DNA from: Candidatus Latescibacterota bacterium
GTDB lineage: Bacteria; Latescibacterota; UBA2968; UBA8231
NCBI GenBank assembly: GCA_965208105.1
Contig: OZ242318.1
Span: forward strand, 2,656,001-2,720,000
Length of the DNA: 64,000 bases
Reading direction: 5' to 3'
Shown here piece after piece: positions 49,194 through 59,476 of this stretch (its first letter is position 1; every line of letters begins with the position of its first letter). A program made the translations under genes and the position numbers. The notes under the pieces are model-generated. The model ran no database searches, was not told where the DNA came from, and saw nothing but the letters and a program-made list of their open reading frames with translations.

Positions 49194-49355
49194 GTGTCCC
49201 GTCGCAGAGATATGTTGCCATTATTCCGCCGATCCATCCCGGCTCACGGCGTTGCCTTCCCTCGCCGTACACCACTGGTACGACTCGCTCAGGCGCCTTG
49301 TGAGCCGGGCGCCTCGGCGGCCCAATTGCGTCAACCTATCTCTGCGACGGGACAC
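49194..49355. mobile_element. 162-bp MITE, copy 3 (inverted relative to copies 1 and 2)
   Basis: 19-bp perfect TIR flanked by TA (49192-93) and TA (49356-57). The reconstructed empty site is CTAG. Confidence 0.92.
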
Positions 49356-52300
49356 TAGGCGGCGCGGCCGCAGCATTTTTTGAACTTCTTTCCGCTGCCA
49401 CAGGGACACGGCGCGTTGCGGCCCACTTTGGGCTGGGCACGCACCGGTTGGCGCACGGCCGGTGCCTCCCGGGCGCTGCCCGACGCGGAGATCCGGCTAT
49501 CGTTGCGGGCGGTGCCAGGGCTGGCCGGAGTGCTGCCGAAACCCAGGTTTGTAGCCTCGCGATGGGTGGAGCTGTAGTCACCGGCGGGAATCTGGCGCTG
49601 GCCCAGGTCAGTGGCATCAAAATCGATACGCAGCCTGAAGATGTGCCGCAGGGTCTCCTGCTCGATCCTGGCGATCAGACTTTCGAAGAGATCGTATGCC
49701 CCTTTCTTGTACTCGATCAGGGGGTTTTTGCCCCCCACGCCGGCAAAGCCCACACCCTCCTTGAGCTCGTCCATTTCATACAGGTGCTCCTGCCAGCATG
49801 TATCGATGGTGTGGAGCACGATGGCCTTCTCCACCTCCCGGAAAGAATCCTCGCCGACCAGATCCAGGCGCCGGCGGTAGGACTCCTGCACGCTGTCGTT
49901 GAGTTGGCTGCGCAACTCGTCGTATGAGATGTTGGCGCGCTCTTCCTCCGCCGTGGGAAGCCCCATGAAAAAGGTATTGCCGATTTCGCCCTGCAGGCCC
50001 TTCCAGTCCCACTCTTCCGAGTAGACCTGTGGATCCACATATCCCTCCAGGCACGAGTCTACCGTGGACTCAACCATCTCGGCGACCTGTTCGGCGGCGG
50101 TATCGTGCTCCAGGAGATCGTTGCGGCGGTTGTAGATGACCTGGCGCTGCTGGTTCATTACGTCGTCGTAGTCGAGCAGGTGCTTGCGGATCTCGAAATT
50201 TCGCGCCTCGACCTTTTTTTGCGCCCGCTGGATGGACCTCGTGACCATCGAGTGCTCGATTACCTCCCCCTCCTCCGCCCCCAGGCGGTCCATGACCGAG
50301 GCGATGCGTTCGGATCCGAAGAGGCGCATCAGATCGTCCTCGAGAGAAAGAAAAAAGCGCGAGGAACCCGGATCGCCCTGGCGGCCGGCTCGACCGCGCA
50401 GCTGTCGGTCGATGCGGCGAGCGTCATGGCGCTCGGTACCGATCACCTGCAAGCCGCACGGGTTCTCAACCAGGTGAGCGCGCAGGGTCTCGCCCGAGGG
50501 CATGCGGTCGTCCAGGGTAAGCGCCGACTCGAGCAGTTGTCGGTCCACCCGGACCACCGAAGGATCCAGCTTGATGTCGGTTCCGCGGCCGGCCATGTTG
50601 GTGGCAATGGTCACGGTGCCGGGTTGTCCGGCCTGGGTGATGATCTGGGCCTCCTTTTCGTGGTAGCGGGCATTGAGGAGCTGATGTTTAACCCCGTTGC
50701 GCGTCAGCATGCGGCTTAGAAGCTCGGAGACCTCCACCGAAATGGTGCCTACGAGTACGGGCAGCTTCAGGTCATGCAGCCGGCCGATCTCGTCGATGAT
50801 CGCATTGTACTTCTCGCGCTTGGTGCGGTAAATCAGATCGTCCATGTCCACCCGGCGGACGGGCCGATTGGTCGGCACGACCACCACTTCAAGATTGTAG
50901 ATCTTGTAGAGCTCCTCCGATTCCGTTTCGGCAGTCCCGGTCATTCCGGCCAGCTTGTCGTACATGCGGAAGAGGTTCTGCAGGGTAATGGTGGCGATTG
51001 TCTGGGTTTCCTGCTGGATCTTGACCCCTTCCTTTGCCTCCAGGGCCTGGTGCAGGCCATCGGAAAAACGCCGCCCCGGCTGCGGCCGGCCGGTCGACTC
51101 GTCGACGATCACCACCCGACCGTCATCCGTGACCATGTACTGGACGTCTTTTTCAAAGAGGGTGTAGGCGCGCATGAGCTGGTTGATATTGTGAACCGCC
51201 TCGCTTTTCCGGGCGTGGTTGCGATAGGCTTCCTCCTCCCCGAGCGCGCGCTCGTCAGGGTCAAGGTTCTCGTCGCGCTGAATTCGGTCGATGTCAGCGC
51301 TGATGTCGGGAAGTATGAAGAGGGCCTGTTCGTCGGGTGAGAGCAAATCCCGCCCCTTGTCGGTCAGATCGATGGTATGGCTCTTCTCGTCGACCACGTA
51401 GTAAAGGGCCTCGTCGAGCTCGCCCATGCGCTTGTCGCGCATGTAGTCGGCTTCCACCCTGGCAATCAGGCGCTTGGTGCCCTCCCCCTGCAGGATCTTC
51501 ATCAGGCGGCGGTTCTTCGGAGCACCGCGCACCGCCCGGAAAAGGTCAATCCCCACATCGTAGTCGTCCTCCTCCTCCAGGCGCTTTTTCTCCGTGTTGG
51601 CGATGACCCTGTTCACCAGGGAAGTCTGGGCACGCAGGAGCTTCTGTACAAGAGGCTTGAGGTCGCCGTAGCGGTTGCTCGATTCCGGCACCGGACCGGA
51701 GATAATCAGGGGGGTGCGCGCATCGTCGATCAGGTTGGAGTCCGCCTCGTCAATGATGGCGAAGTTGAACTCCCGCTGCATTATGTCCTGGCGCCGGGAG
51801 GCCATGTTGTCGTAGAGATAGTGGAAGCCTACCTGGTCCTTGGTGGCGTAGACGATGTCGGCGGCATAGGCTTCCTTCCAGGTAGACTCCTCCCAGGAGT
51901 ACTCCTCGGGGACACCTTCCGGCACGGGCAGGTAATAAGCTTCGGCACCCCCCGTCTGGTGCGCGTCCTGGATAATTCCAACGGACATGCCAAGGAAGTT
52001 GTAGATCGGCCCCATCCACATGGCGTCGCGCTTGGCCAGGTAATTGTTGTGAGTGACCAGGTGGACACCGCGTCCGGACAGGGCATTGAGGTATAGTGGC
52101 ATGGTGGCCACCAGGGTCTTGCCCTCGCCGGTGGCCATCTCGGCTATCTTCCCCTGGTGCAAAACCTCGCCGCCGAAAAGCTGAACGTCGTAGGGGACCA
52201 TTTCCCACTCCATCGTTTCACCCATCACATCCCACTTCCGCCCCAGCAGCCGGCGGCATGTCTCGCGCACGAGGGCGAAGGTGCTGGGCAGAATTTCGTC

Positions 52301-52609
52301 GAGGACCTCAGCCTCAATCCGGCGGATCTCCCGCTCCAGAGCGTCGAATTCGTCGTTGAGCCGCTCGCGCTCGTCGGGGTCCATGTCGGAACGGAGTTTG
52401 TCCGCCAGGGCGCTGGATTGGCCGGCGCGGTCTCCGATGCGGGCTCGAAGCCGGGCTCTGAACTCGGCGGTTTTGGCCTGGAGCTGTGCTGGGCTCAAGG
52501 GCGCGTATGCCGTTTCGAATTCCTTGATCGCCTCGATTCGGGGAGCGCTTTTCCTGAACTGGCGATCAGCCTGCGATCCGAACGCTTTTTTAAAGATTGC
52601 TCCTAGCAT
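49355..52609 (-). CDS. secA: Preprotein translocase ATPase SecA
   Basis: EMATGEGKT, IDEADS, IATNMAGRGTDI, QLRGRAGRQGDPG, and SEC-C motif CPCGSGKKFKKCC. Confidence 0.97.
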   Translation of the reverse strand: MLGAIFKKAFGSQADRQFRKSAPRIEAIKEFETAYAPLSPAQLQAKTAEFRARLRARIGDRAGQSSALADKLRSDMDPDERERLNDEFDALEREIRRIEAEVLDEILPSTFALVRETCRRLLGRKWDVMGETMEWEMVPYDVQLFGGEVLHQGKIAEMATGEGKTLVATMPLYLNALSGRGVHLVTHNNYLAKRDAMWMGPIYNFLGMSVGIIQDAHQTGGAEAYYLPVPEGVPEEYSWEESTWKEAYAADIVYATKDQVGFHYLYDNMASRRQDIMQREFNFAIIDEADSNLIDDARTPLIISGPVPESSNRYGDLKPLVQKLLRAQTSLVNRVIANTEKKRLEEEDDYDVGIDLFRAVRGAPKNRRLMKILQGEGTKRLIARVEADYMRDKRMGELDEALYYVVDEKSHTIDLTDKGRDLLSPDEQALFILPDISADIDRIQRDENLDPDERALGEEEAYRNHARKSEAVHNINQLMRAYTLFEKDVQYMVTDDGRVVIVDESTGRPQPGRRFSDGLHQALEAKEGVKIQQETQTIATITLQNLFRMYDKLAGMTGTAETESEELYKIYNLEVVVVPTNRPVRRVDMDDLIYRTKREKYNAIIDEIGRLHDLKLPVLVGTISVEVSELLSRMLTRNGVKHQLLNARYHEKEAQIITQAGQPGTVTIATNMAGRGTDIKLDPSVVRVDRQLLESALTLDDRMPSGETLRAHLVENPCGLQVIGTERHDARRIDRQLRGRAGRQGDPGSSRFFLSLEDDLMRLFGSERIASVMDRLGAEEGEVIEHSMVTRSIQRAQKKVEARNFEIRKHLLDYDDVMNQQRQVIYNRRNDLLEHDTAAEQVAEMVESTVDSCLEGYVDPQVYSEEWDWKGLQGEIGNTFFMGLPTAEEERANISYDELRSQLNDSVQESYRRRLDLVGEDSFREVEKAIVLHTIDTCWQEHLYEMDELKEGVGFAGVGGKNPLIEYKKGAYDLFESLIARIEQETLRHIFRLRIDFDATDLGQRQIPAGDYSSTHREATNLGFGSTPASPGTARNDSRISASGSAREAPAVRQPVRAQPKVGRNAPCPCGSGKKFKKCCGRAA

Positions 52610-52671
52610 TTTGTCACCTCTATGGTGACTCCCGGGAAAGCTGGCGTCCCGGGAGCGATCCATTCAGGCCT

Positions 52672-53418
52672 TCAGCGTCCACTGGCCAGGCGCTGGGCAA
52701 GCACGGCGGGCAGGCCTGCTGCGAGAATTTTTCTTTGCGCCGCGCCGATGTCGTAGGCGACGCGGACGAATTCCAGGGTCTGGCGCTCGTCGTCCCAGAT
52801 CAGAAAGCAACTGCGCGAGTCTCCGTCGCGGGGCTGACCGACACTGCCGACGTTGACCAGGTAGCGCCGGTTCTCCTCGATTGCGAAGGCCTCTGCCGGA
52901 ATTCCGGCCATTTCCACCTGGGTCCGGTCCTGGATACATGCAAAGGGATGGTGTGAATGACCAACAAAACAAAAACGGGCATCGGTGGCATTCAGGGCGT
53001 CTATGGCGTCGGCGCGGGACAGCACGTATTTCCAAAGGCCGGGACAGCGCGGTTCGGCATGGACAAAGAGGGCGTCCCCGAAGGACCTGGTCAGGGGAAG
53101 AGCGGCCAGGTAGTCGCGCTCGGACGGTGCCAGTTGATCCGCGGTCCAAATGGCCGCCTGGCGAGCATGCTGGTTGAAATAACCCAGGTCCACCAGGCCG
53201 ACCGCCGCAGCGTCGTGATTGCCGAGCAGGGTCTGGTCGGTCAGGCGCCTGATCTGTTCGAGACAGGCCTTGGGATCAGCCCCGTACCCGACGATATCCC
53301 CAAGGCAGATCCACCTGTCGATGCAGTGCTGACCCGCCGCACCGCAAACCGCCTGCAAAGCCTCGAGGTTGGCGTGGATATCCGAGAGTATGGCCGTGCG
53401 CATGGATCGATATTCCAC
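52672..53418 (-). CDS. Calcineurin-like metallophosphoesterase
   Basis: SDIHAN, GDIVGYG, GNHD, GHSH and NVGSVGQPRD. Confidence 0.88.
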   Translation of the reverse strand: MEYRSMRTAILSDIHANLEALQAVCGAAGQHCIDRWICLGDIVGYGADPKACLEQIRRLTDQTLLGNHDAAAVGLVDLGYFNQHARQAAIWTADQLAPSERDYLAALPLTRSFGDALFVHAEPRCPGLWKYVLSRADAIDALNATDARFCFVGHSHHPFACIQDRTQVEMAGIPAEAFAIEENRRYLVNVGSVGQPRDGDSRSCFLIWDDERQTLEFVRVAYDIGAAQRKILAAGLPAVLAQRLASGR

Positions 53419-53424
53419 CAGGAT

Positions 53425-53889
53425 TCAGAGCGGCAGTCCTTTCTGGCGGACAATGGCGTCGAGGATGCCGTTGATGAACGCATAGGACTGTTCGGTGCTG
53501 TAGGTCTTGGCCAACTCGATCGCCTCGTCGATGGAAACCCGCACAGGAATGTCGGTGAAGTAAAGTATCTCGGTCAGGGCAAGTTGCAGGATGATCCAAT
53601 CGATCCGGGCAATGCGCTCCTTGCGCCACTGGGTGGCGGTGGAGCTGATCAATTCTTCCAGCTCAGGGGCGTGGGCGCCAACCCCGTGAATGATTTCGGA
53701 GGCGAAGGCGAGCACCGGGACGGAAAGGTCCAGGGACCCCGCCAGTTGGCCCATGCTCGCATCGATGTCACCGGGCGAAGAGGCGTCCCAGTAGAGTGCC
53801 TGCAGGGCAAGCTGGCGAGCGCCGCGGCGGTTGTCCGGGGGCGCCTCGTCCACTCCCAACAACGCTTCGATTTCCCCTTCTACAACCAT
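53425..53889 (-). CDS. nusB: Transcription antitermination factor NusB
   Basis: RRGARQLALQALY, IDEAIELAK and FINGILD. Follows ribH. Confidence 0.93.
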   Translation of the reverse strand: MVVEGEIEALLGVDEAPPDNRRGARQLALQALYWDASSPGDIDASMGQLAGSLDLSVPVLAFASEIIHGVGAHAPELEELISSTATQWRKERIARIDWIILQLALTEILYFTDIPVRVSIDEAIELAKTYSTEQSYAFINGILDAIVRQKGLPL

Positions 53890-53890
53890 G

Positions 53891-54358
53891 TCAGGAGAGG
53901 TTATCCATCAGACTGGCCATCTCGATGGCGTTGAGCGCCGCGTCCCAGCCGCGGTTGCCCGCGCGGGCACCGGCGCGCTCGATGGCCTGTTCCACGTTGT
54001 CCGTGGTGACAACCCCAAAGGTAACCGGGGTGCCGCCATCGAGCCCTACCCGGGAAATTCCCTTGGCGACCTCGGCGGCAACGAAATCGAAGTGGGGGGT
54101 GTCACTGCGGATGATTGCGCCCAGGCAAATGACGGTGGCAAAGCGACCGGTGGCAACCATTTTCTGGGCTACTACGGGTAGCTCGAAGGACCCCGGGACC
54201 CAGGCAATCTCGATGTCCTCCTCCACTGCGCCGTGGCGCTGCAGGCAATCCAGGGCGCCATCGAGGAGCTTTGCAGTGATAAGCTGATTGAAACGGCTTA
54301 CAACGATGGCGAACCTTTGCCCCTGTGCGGCCAGGTTGCCTTCATGCACTTTTGGCAT
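53891..54358 (-). CDS. ribH: 6,7-dimethyl-8-ribityllumazine synthase
   Basis: [21 protein letters not shown] and FGVVT. Confidence 0.95.
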   Translation of the reverse strand: MPKVHEGNLAAQGQRFAIVVSRFNQLITAKLLDGALDCLQRHGAVEEDIEIAWVPGSFELPVVAQKMVATGRFATVICLGAIIRSDTPHFDFVAAEVAKGISRVGLDGGTPVTFGVVTTDNVEQAIERAGARAGNRGWDAALNAIEMASLMDNLS

Positions 54359-55634
54359 TGTCTCGGTCTCTCCTGTCGTCCAGTTCCATTTCCGCATCCG
54401 CGTCGGTTTGCAAGAGAGTGGTATGTCCCATGCGGTCGTACTTGGTGCGCAGGTAACGGAGATTGTGGGGATTGGGCGAGGCCTGGATGGGCACTTGCTC
54501 GACAACCGTGAGGCCGTATCCCTCAAGTCCTACGCGCTTTTGGGGGTTGTTGGTCAGGAAGCGGACCCGGCGCAACCCCAGGTCATAAAGCACCTGGGCG
54601 CCAATGCCATAATCCCGCGTGTCCACCGGAAGGCCCAGGGCGCGGTTGGCCTCGATCGTATCCAGCCCCTGGGTGCGCTGCAGTTCGTAGGCCTTCAGCT
54701 TGTGAAGAATGCCGATGCCGCGCCCTTCGTGGTGCTGGATGTAGACAACCACTCCCCTTCCCTCCGCGGTGATCATTTCCAGGGAGCATTGCAGCTGGTC
54801 GCCGCAATCACACAAAAAGGATCCCAGGGCATCTCCGGTCAGGCAGCCGGAGTGCATTCGCACCAGTGTATCCTGGCCGCTGCTGACGTCCCCCATTACC
54901 ATGGCGAGGTATGGAGTGTCGTCCACCAGACTGCGGTAGGCATAGAGCTCGAATGTGCCGAACCGGGTGGGCATGGTGGAGCTGGACTCCAGTACGATCA
55001 GCTTCTCACTGCGGCGGCGATAGGCTATCAGGTCCTTGATGGTGGAGATTTTGAAGTTGAACCTGCGTGCGAAATCAAGCAAGTAGGGGGTGGAGGCGAG
55101 GGCCCCGCTGTCGTCGAGAATGGCCGAGATCAGACACGCCGGCTGGCACCCTGCCATCAAAGCCAGGTCAACAGAAGCCTCCGTATGTCCGGCGCGCTTG
55201 AGCACGCCGCCGTTCTGGGCCTGAAGCGGGGTCATGTGACCGGGCTGGACAAAATCGGCGGACCTGCTGTTCGGGTCGGCCAGGGCCTTCACCGTCAGGG
55301 CACGCTCCCTGGCGGAAATTCCCGTGCCCTCGACCTTCACCGCGTTTACGGTCCCCATGACCGAGGCGCCTCTGGGCCCCTGGCCTCCGGGCATCCTCTC
55401 CAGCTCCAGGGACTCAATCCGTTCCTTGCTGAGGGTTACGCTGAGGGGTCCGCCTGCCCGGCGCATCATGAAGTTGACGGCCTCGGGGGTGGCCAGTTCG
55501 GCAAGCATTATCAACTCACCCTCGCCGACGAGTTCGGTGCCGTCGACGTCGAGAGCGCGCTCGTCCACCAGCACGACCATGGTTCCGTTCTGCAAGTCGT
55601 CCAGGACTTCCTCTATGGTATTGAAGTCAGGCAT
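54342..55634 (-). CDS. ribBA: RibBA fusion: degenerate-looking DHBP synthase domain plus GTP cyclohydrolase II
   Basis: C-terminal HSGCLTGD...CDC, EGRGIG, AYELQ, DTRDYG and TNNPQK. The N-terminal half keeps PGH and RAGHTEA but lacks RENEGD, the GxxC Cys and CE. Confidence 0.88.
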   Translation of the reverse strand: MPDFNTIEEVLDDLQNGTMVVLVDERALDVDGTELVGEGELIMLAELATPEAVNFMMRRAGGPLSVTLSKERIESLELERMPGGQGPRGASVMGTVNAVKVEGTGISARERALTVKALADPNSRSADFVQPGHMTPLQAQNGGVLKRAGHTEASVDLALMAGCQPACLISAILDDSGALASTPYLLDFARRFNFKISTIKDLIAYRRRSEKLIVLESSSTMPTRFGTFELYAYRSLVDDTPYLAMVMGDVSSGQDTLVRMHSGCLTGDALGSFLCDCGDQLQCSLEMITAEGRGVVVYIQHHEGRGIGILHKLKAYELQRTQGLDTIEANRALGLPVDTRDYGIGAQVLYDLGLRRVRFLTNNPQKRVGLEGYGLTVVEQVPIQASPNPHNLRYLRTKYDRMGHTTLLQTDADAEMELDDRRDRDNAKSA

Positions 55635-55673
55635 GGCATAAGGACCCGCGGCAACCCGCCGGCCCATCCTGTT

Positions 55674-56318
55674 TCAAGCGAACCCCGTCTCGCGCAACTG
55701 TTCGAAAGTCAATCCCCGGCCGGACTCTCCCCTGGTTTGAAGCAGTCGCTCGACGTAGCGGGCGATGATATCCACCTCCAGGTTGACCGGATCGCCCTTG
55801 TGGCGGCGGGACAGGTTTGTATGGCTAAATGTATGTGGAATAATGCTTACCGTAAAGCCCTTGCCACCTGCCTCCACCACCGTCAAGCTGATACCGTCTA
55901 CGGCAATGGAACCTTTGGAGGCAATGTAGTGCTGCAACTCCGAGGGGGTTTCGATTTCAAGGATCCAGCTGTTGCCTTCGCGCTGCAAGCGGCGGATGCG
56001 GCCGACGCCGTCGACGTGGCCGAGAATCAGGTGGCCTCCAAGCCGGTCCTGAAGCTGCAGGGAACGCTCCAGATTCACCCCGGTACCGGCCCGCAACCCT
56101 CCCAGCGTGGTGCGCTTAAGTGTCTCCTCCACCGATTCCACGGAAAAACTGCAGGAACCAAGGTCGACCACTGTCTGACAAACCCCGTCGATGCAAATGC
56201 TGTCGCCGACGCGAAGATCCGCCAGGGTGCGGCGGGCGCCGATTTCGAGGCGCTGAAACTCGCCCCGGCGCCGAAGCTGGCGGACCACTCCGACTTCTTC
56301 GATCAACCCTGTGAACAC
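55674..56318 (-). CDS. ribE: Riboflavin synthase
   Basis: MFTGLIE N-terminus, VNLER, GGHLILGHVD and DGISLTV. Confidence 0.95.
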   Translation of the reverse strand: MFTGLIEEVGVVRQLRRRGEFQRLEIGARRTLADLRVGDSICIDGVCQTVVDLGSCSFSVESVEETLKRTTLGGLRAGTGVNLERSLQLQDRLGGHLILGHVDGVGRIRRLQREGNSWILEIETPSELQHYIASKGSIAVDGISLTVVEAGGKGFTVSIIPHTFSHTNLSRRHKGDPVNLEVDIIARYVERLLQTRGESGRGLTFEQLRETGFA

Positions 56319-57400
56319 GGGTACCTTACCTTTGCAGTGTAGAGAATATCGGAGCCCAGACGCCGGGTTTCAACTTCTTCCAGTTGGATGGCGTCTTCCA
56401 CCTTCCTGATTCCCAGGTCGGCAACGGCGCCGATGCCTCTACCCAGAATGCTCGGTGCGAGGTAAACCATCACCTGGTCCACCACGCGGTCTCGCAAGGC
56501 AGCAGCGGCCAGTTGGCTGCCACCCTCGATCATGATACTCGTCATGCCTTGCGCGGCCGCCCTGGCCAGGGGCAGGTGAAGATCGATGCGCTGGTTTTCA
56601 TCGGCATCGAAGGTCCACACCTCTACCCCGCGGGCGGCGAAGGACCGGCGCCTCTCCGATGGAGTGGAATCAGCCGTAAGGAGAATGGCCCCCGCGCGCC
56701 GAAAGACGCGGAAGCCAGGCTCCAGGGTCAGGCGGCCGTCGACGACCATGGGCCGGGGATCCCTGCCCTTTGCGTGGCGGACATTCAACCGTGGATCGTC
56801 GGCGGCCACAGTGCCTGCGCCTACCATGACGGCGTCGACCCAGCTGCGCCACCGGTGGGCGTGGGCGCGAGCCTTCGCACCGGTGATCCAGCGCGCCTCT
56901 CCGCCACATGCGGCGATTTGTCCGTCCAGGGTTTGGGCAAGCTTGAGGATTACCTGTGGCATGCCCGAGCTGCGATGCTTGACGTAGGCGGCGTTCTGGC
57001 GCCTGGCCTGGGTTTCGAGAAGGCCGACCTCGACGGCAATGCCAGCGTCCCGCAGTTGCCGCAGGCCGGCGCCATTGACCCTGGAATCGGGGTCCTGCAT
57101 GGCGCAGACCAGGCGCTCGATCCCCGCCGCGATCAGGGCATGGCTGCAGGGGGGAGTGCGGCCGTGGAACGAGCAGGGCTCCAGGGTACTGTAAAGGGTG
57201 GCGCCGCGAGCCCGGTGCCCGGCCTGGTCCAGCGCATGGACCTCCGCGTGCGGTCCTCCCACCTGGAGATGGGCGCCCTCTCCAAGGACCTGGCCGGCAA
57301 GCACGACCACCGCACCTGCCAGGGGATTGGGGCTGACCCGGCCGCGGCCTCTTTCCGCCAGGCGCAGGGCCCGGCGCATGTAGGCCTCATCCTCCCTCAC
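56303..57400 (-). CDS. ribD: Bifunctional pyrimidine deaminase/reductase RibD
   Basis: PNP, HAEV, LEPCSF.GRTPPC, TLDG and IEGG. Confidence 0.95.
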   Translation of the reverse strand: MREDEAYMRRALRLAERGRGRVSPNPLAGAVVVLAGQVLGEGAHLQVGGPHAEVHALDQAGHRARGATLYSTLEPCSFHGRTPPCSHALIAAGIERLVCAMQDPDSRVNGAGLRQLRDAGIAVEVGLLETQARRQNAAYVKHRSSGMPQVILKLAQTLDGQIAACGGEARWITGAKARAHAHRWRSWVDAVMVGAGTVAADDPRLNVRHAKGRDPRPMVVDGRLTLEPGFRVFRRAGAILLTADSTPSERRRSFAARGVEVWTFDADENQRIDLHLPLARAAAQGMTSIMIEGGSQLAAAALRDRVVDQVMVYLAPSILGRGIGAVADLGIRKVEDAIQLEEVETRRLGSDILYTAKVRYPCSQG

Positions 57401-59472
57401 TTCGCGTGCAGGATCAGTTGTTGAGCGCCGATGTTGTCGAGCTGGTCCCAGGCCTGCACCGCGATGACATGTTCACCGGGAGACAGATCCGTCAACGTGA
57501 ATTGCGCGGTCTCGACGCGGCTGTCGAAGACCCCATCCGCGGGGGCGATCTGGTGGACGCGCTCGCCGTAGTCAATGGTGTACTGCGCCTTGCGGACGGG
57601 GGTGATGCTGTCCTCGATTTCCACCTCGATTATCGTCCCGCCATCACCCCCGGAGCGCAGAACAATGACGGGAGGACTGTTGTCTATGGGGAAAGGCTGG
57701 CTGATGCGCTCGGACTCCAGTGCATCCCTGTCCGGGTTTTCCGGCCGGTCCGAGGCAACCAGCCTGATCAGGGTGGGTCCCTCGGGCATGGTTTCCGTAT
57801 CCCAGATCACCGAAGTCTGGGTCAGGCCCTCCTTTGCCAGCTTCCACTGCTTTTGTCCAACGCTGCGCAGGTAGATGCTGTAGGTCAGTTCGTCGCCATT
57901 GGGGTCCTGTGCCTGCCAGCGCACGAGGCGCAGGCTCTTCGGCTGAGGTGGAGCCCGGCGCGGGGGCTGAGCCTGGCCGGGGTTGGCTCCGGCGGCCTGC
58001 TGATTGCTGTTGTTCGCTCCGCCGGGGCTGTGCCGGTAGGGATAGGTTTCCAGCTTGAGGATCTCAGGTCTTAAATTGGTTTGCTGCCCCGATATCGTGA
58101 CCTCTTTGAGCACGGGTGTCGTATTTTCGTCAGACGACTTGAGAAGGGCGCGGTACTGCAGAAAGCGCGCGGCAGGGCTGTCGATCGGCATCCCGCTCCG
58201 AGCCAGCTGCGGCGACCACTGGCTCCAGGTCTCATCCGGTTCGGCGCTGTTGCCGGAGCGGGTCTGAAAGGCAATCTCGGTACCCCCGGGAATCTCCGCG
58301 CGCCAACTCAGGTGCCCCCAGCGCGAATGCAGCAGAAAGTCTTCCACCGACGAATCGAAATGGCCTTCGCTGCGGTGCCCTGATTCCAGGCGCCAGAGCT
58401 GGCCGGCCTGAGCCATGCCTGCGTATGTAATCCCCATGGAGGATTGCAGCAGGCGGCTGGGGTTGTGCTCTTCGAATTGCACCAGGGAGGTGGGATCTCC
58501 CGACCGGTCGAAGCGGAGGAGCTGGGCAGGCTTGGAAACTGCGGCCATCAGGCTGCCCCGGCGGTCCACGATCAGGTCGAAGATGGTGGTCTCTTCGTCC
58601 TCCCAGACGGGGTGGACCGCGCCCCGCCGGTCAATGCGGTAGAGGACGGAGGTAATTGGAGGCCCGCCATCTTCTCGGACAGGCGCCAATGCACTGGCAT
58701 AGAGATGGCCGTCAGATGCGGCGACCAGGTCGGTCACCTCCTTCTGGTCGACCTCGCCGAGGAGACGGGTCTCGCCATCGAGATCGATGGCATAGATGCG
58801 CCCGGCCCCCGACGTGCCCGCATAAAGGCGCCCTGGCCCAGCCTGCAGGGTCATTACGTGCCGGTCGGGCGGGTCGTAGAGGACCTCCGCTTCGCCGCCA
58901 GGCGGTATGGAAAGCACCTTCCCTCCCTCGCCGGTGGCCGCGAAGAGCCGGCCTTCCGCCCCGAAGGCAAGGTCCCAGACATAGTGCTCGCCGGTGTGGG
59001 TCAGGGTAGTTGCTCTGCCTTCGAGATCGATCTTGTAGATCAGGCCGTCGGGAGCCGTCCCGGCGTATAGATGTCCGTCGGGACCCATGGCCAATGCGTG
59101 AATGGCGATTTCGGGCGAGTCGAAGAGAAGCTCGCTCTGACCGGCCGCATCCACCTTGAAAACCTTCCCCGCGTCGCCTGTGCCTGCATATATGGTCCCG
59201 TCCGGACCTTCCTCCAGGGACCAGATGCGCTCGGCATCGAGTGCGGCAACTCTCTTCAGCTCAGGTGCGAGTCGCAACAAACCGTCTTGGGAAATCGAAA
59301 TCCCCATGGCCTCACCTGAAGCGAACGCTTTCAGGCCGTGCTGTTGCCAGATATTGGGGCGCACAGCCTGAGCCGATGCGGTCAGCGCGAGAATTGAAGC
59401 CAGCCCGGCATAGAGCCCCATGGAGATGTCCGCTCCCAGGCACCGGTCCCTCAAGCAGGTGATGAAATTCAT
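57397..59472 (-). CDS. Secreted beta-propeller protein with C-terminal Ig/FN3-like domains
   Basis: Repeated DG.(L/I)YAGT blades, WSQWS...ARFLQYR, DPNGDELTY and IDNSPP. Confidence 0.7.
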   Translation of the reverse strand: MNFITCLRDRCLGADISMGLYAGLASILALTASAQAVRPNIWQQHGLKAFASGEAMGISISQDGLLRLAPELKRVAALDAERIWSLEEGPDGTIYAGTGDAGKVFKVDAAGQSELLFDSPEIAIHALAMGPDGHLYAGTAPDGLIYKIDLEGRATTLTHTGEHYVWDLAFGAEGRLFAATGEGGKVLSIPPGGEAEVLYDPPDRHVMTLQAGPGRLYAGTSGAGRIYAIDLDGETRLLGEVDQKEVTDLVAASDGHLYASALAPVREDGGPPITSVLYRIDRRGAVHPVWEDEETTIFDLIVDRRGSLMAAVSKPAQLLRFDRSGDPTSLVQFEEHNPSRLLQSSMGITYAGMAQAGQLWRLESGHRSEGHFDSSVEDFLLHSRWGHLSWRAEIPGGTEIAFQTRSGNSAEPDETWSQWSPQLARSGMPIDSPAARFLQYRALLKSSDENTTPVLKEVTISGQQTNLRPEILKLETYPYRHSPGGANNSNQQAAGANPGQAQPPRRAPPQPKSLRLVRWQAQDPNGDELTYSIYLRSVGQKQWKLAKEGLTQTSVIWDTETMPEGPTLIRLVASDRPENPDRDALESERISQPFPIDNSPPVIVLRSGGDGGTIIEVEIEDSITPVRKAQYTIDYGERVHQIAPADGVFDSRVETAQFTLTDLSPGEHVIAVQAWDQLDNIGAQQLILHAK

Positions 59473-59476
59473 GGAT

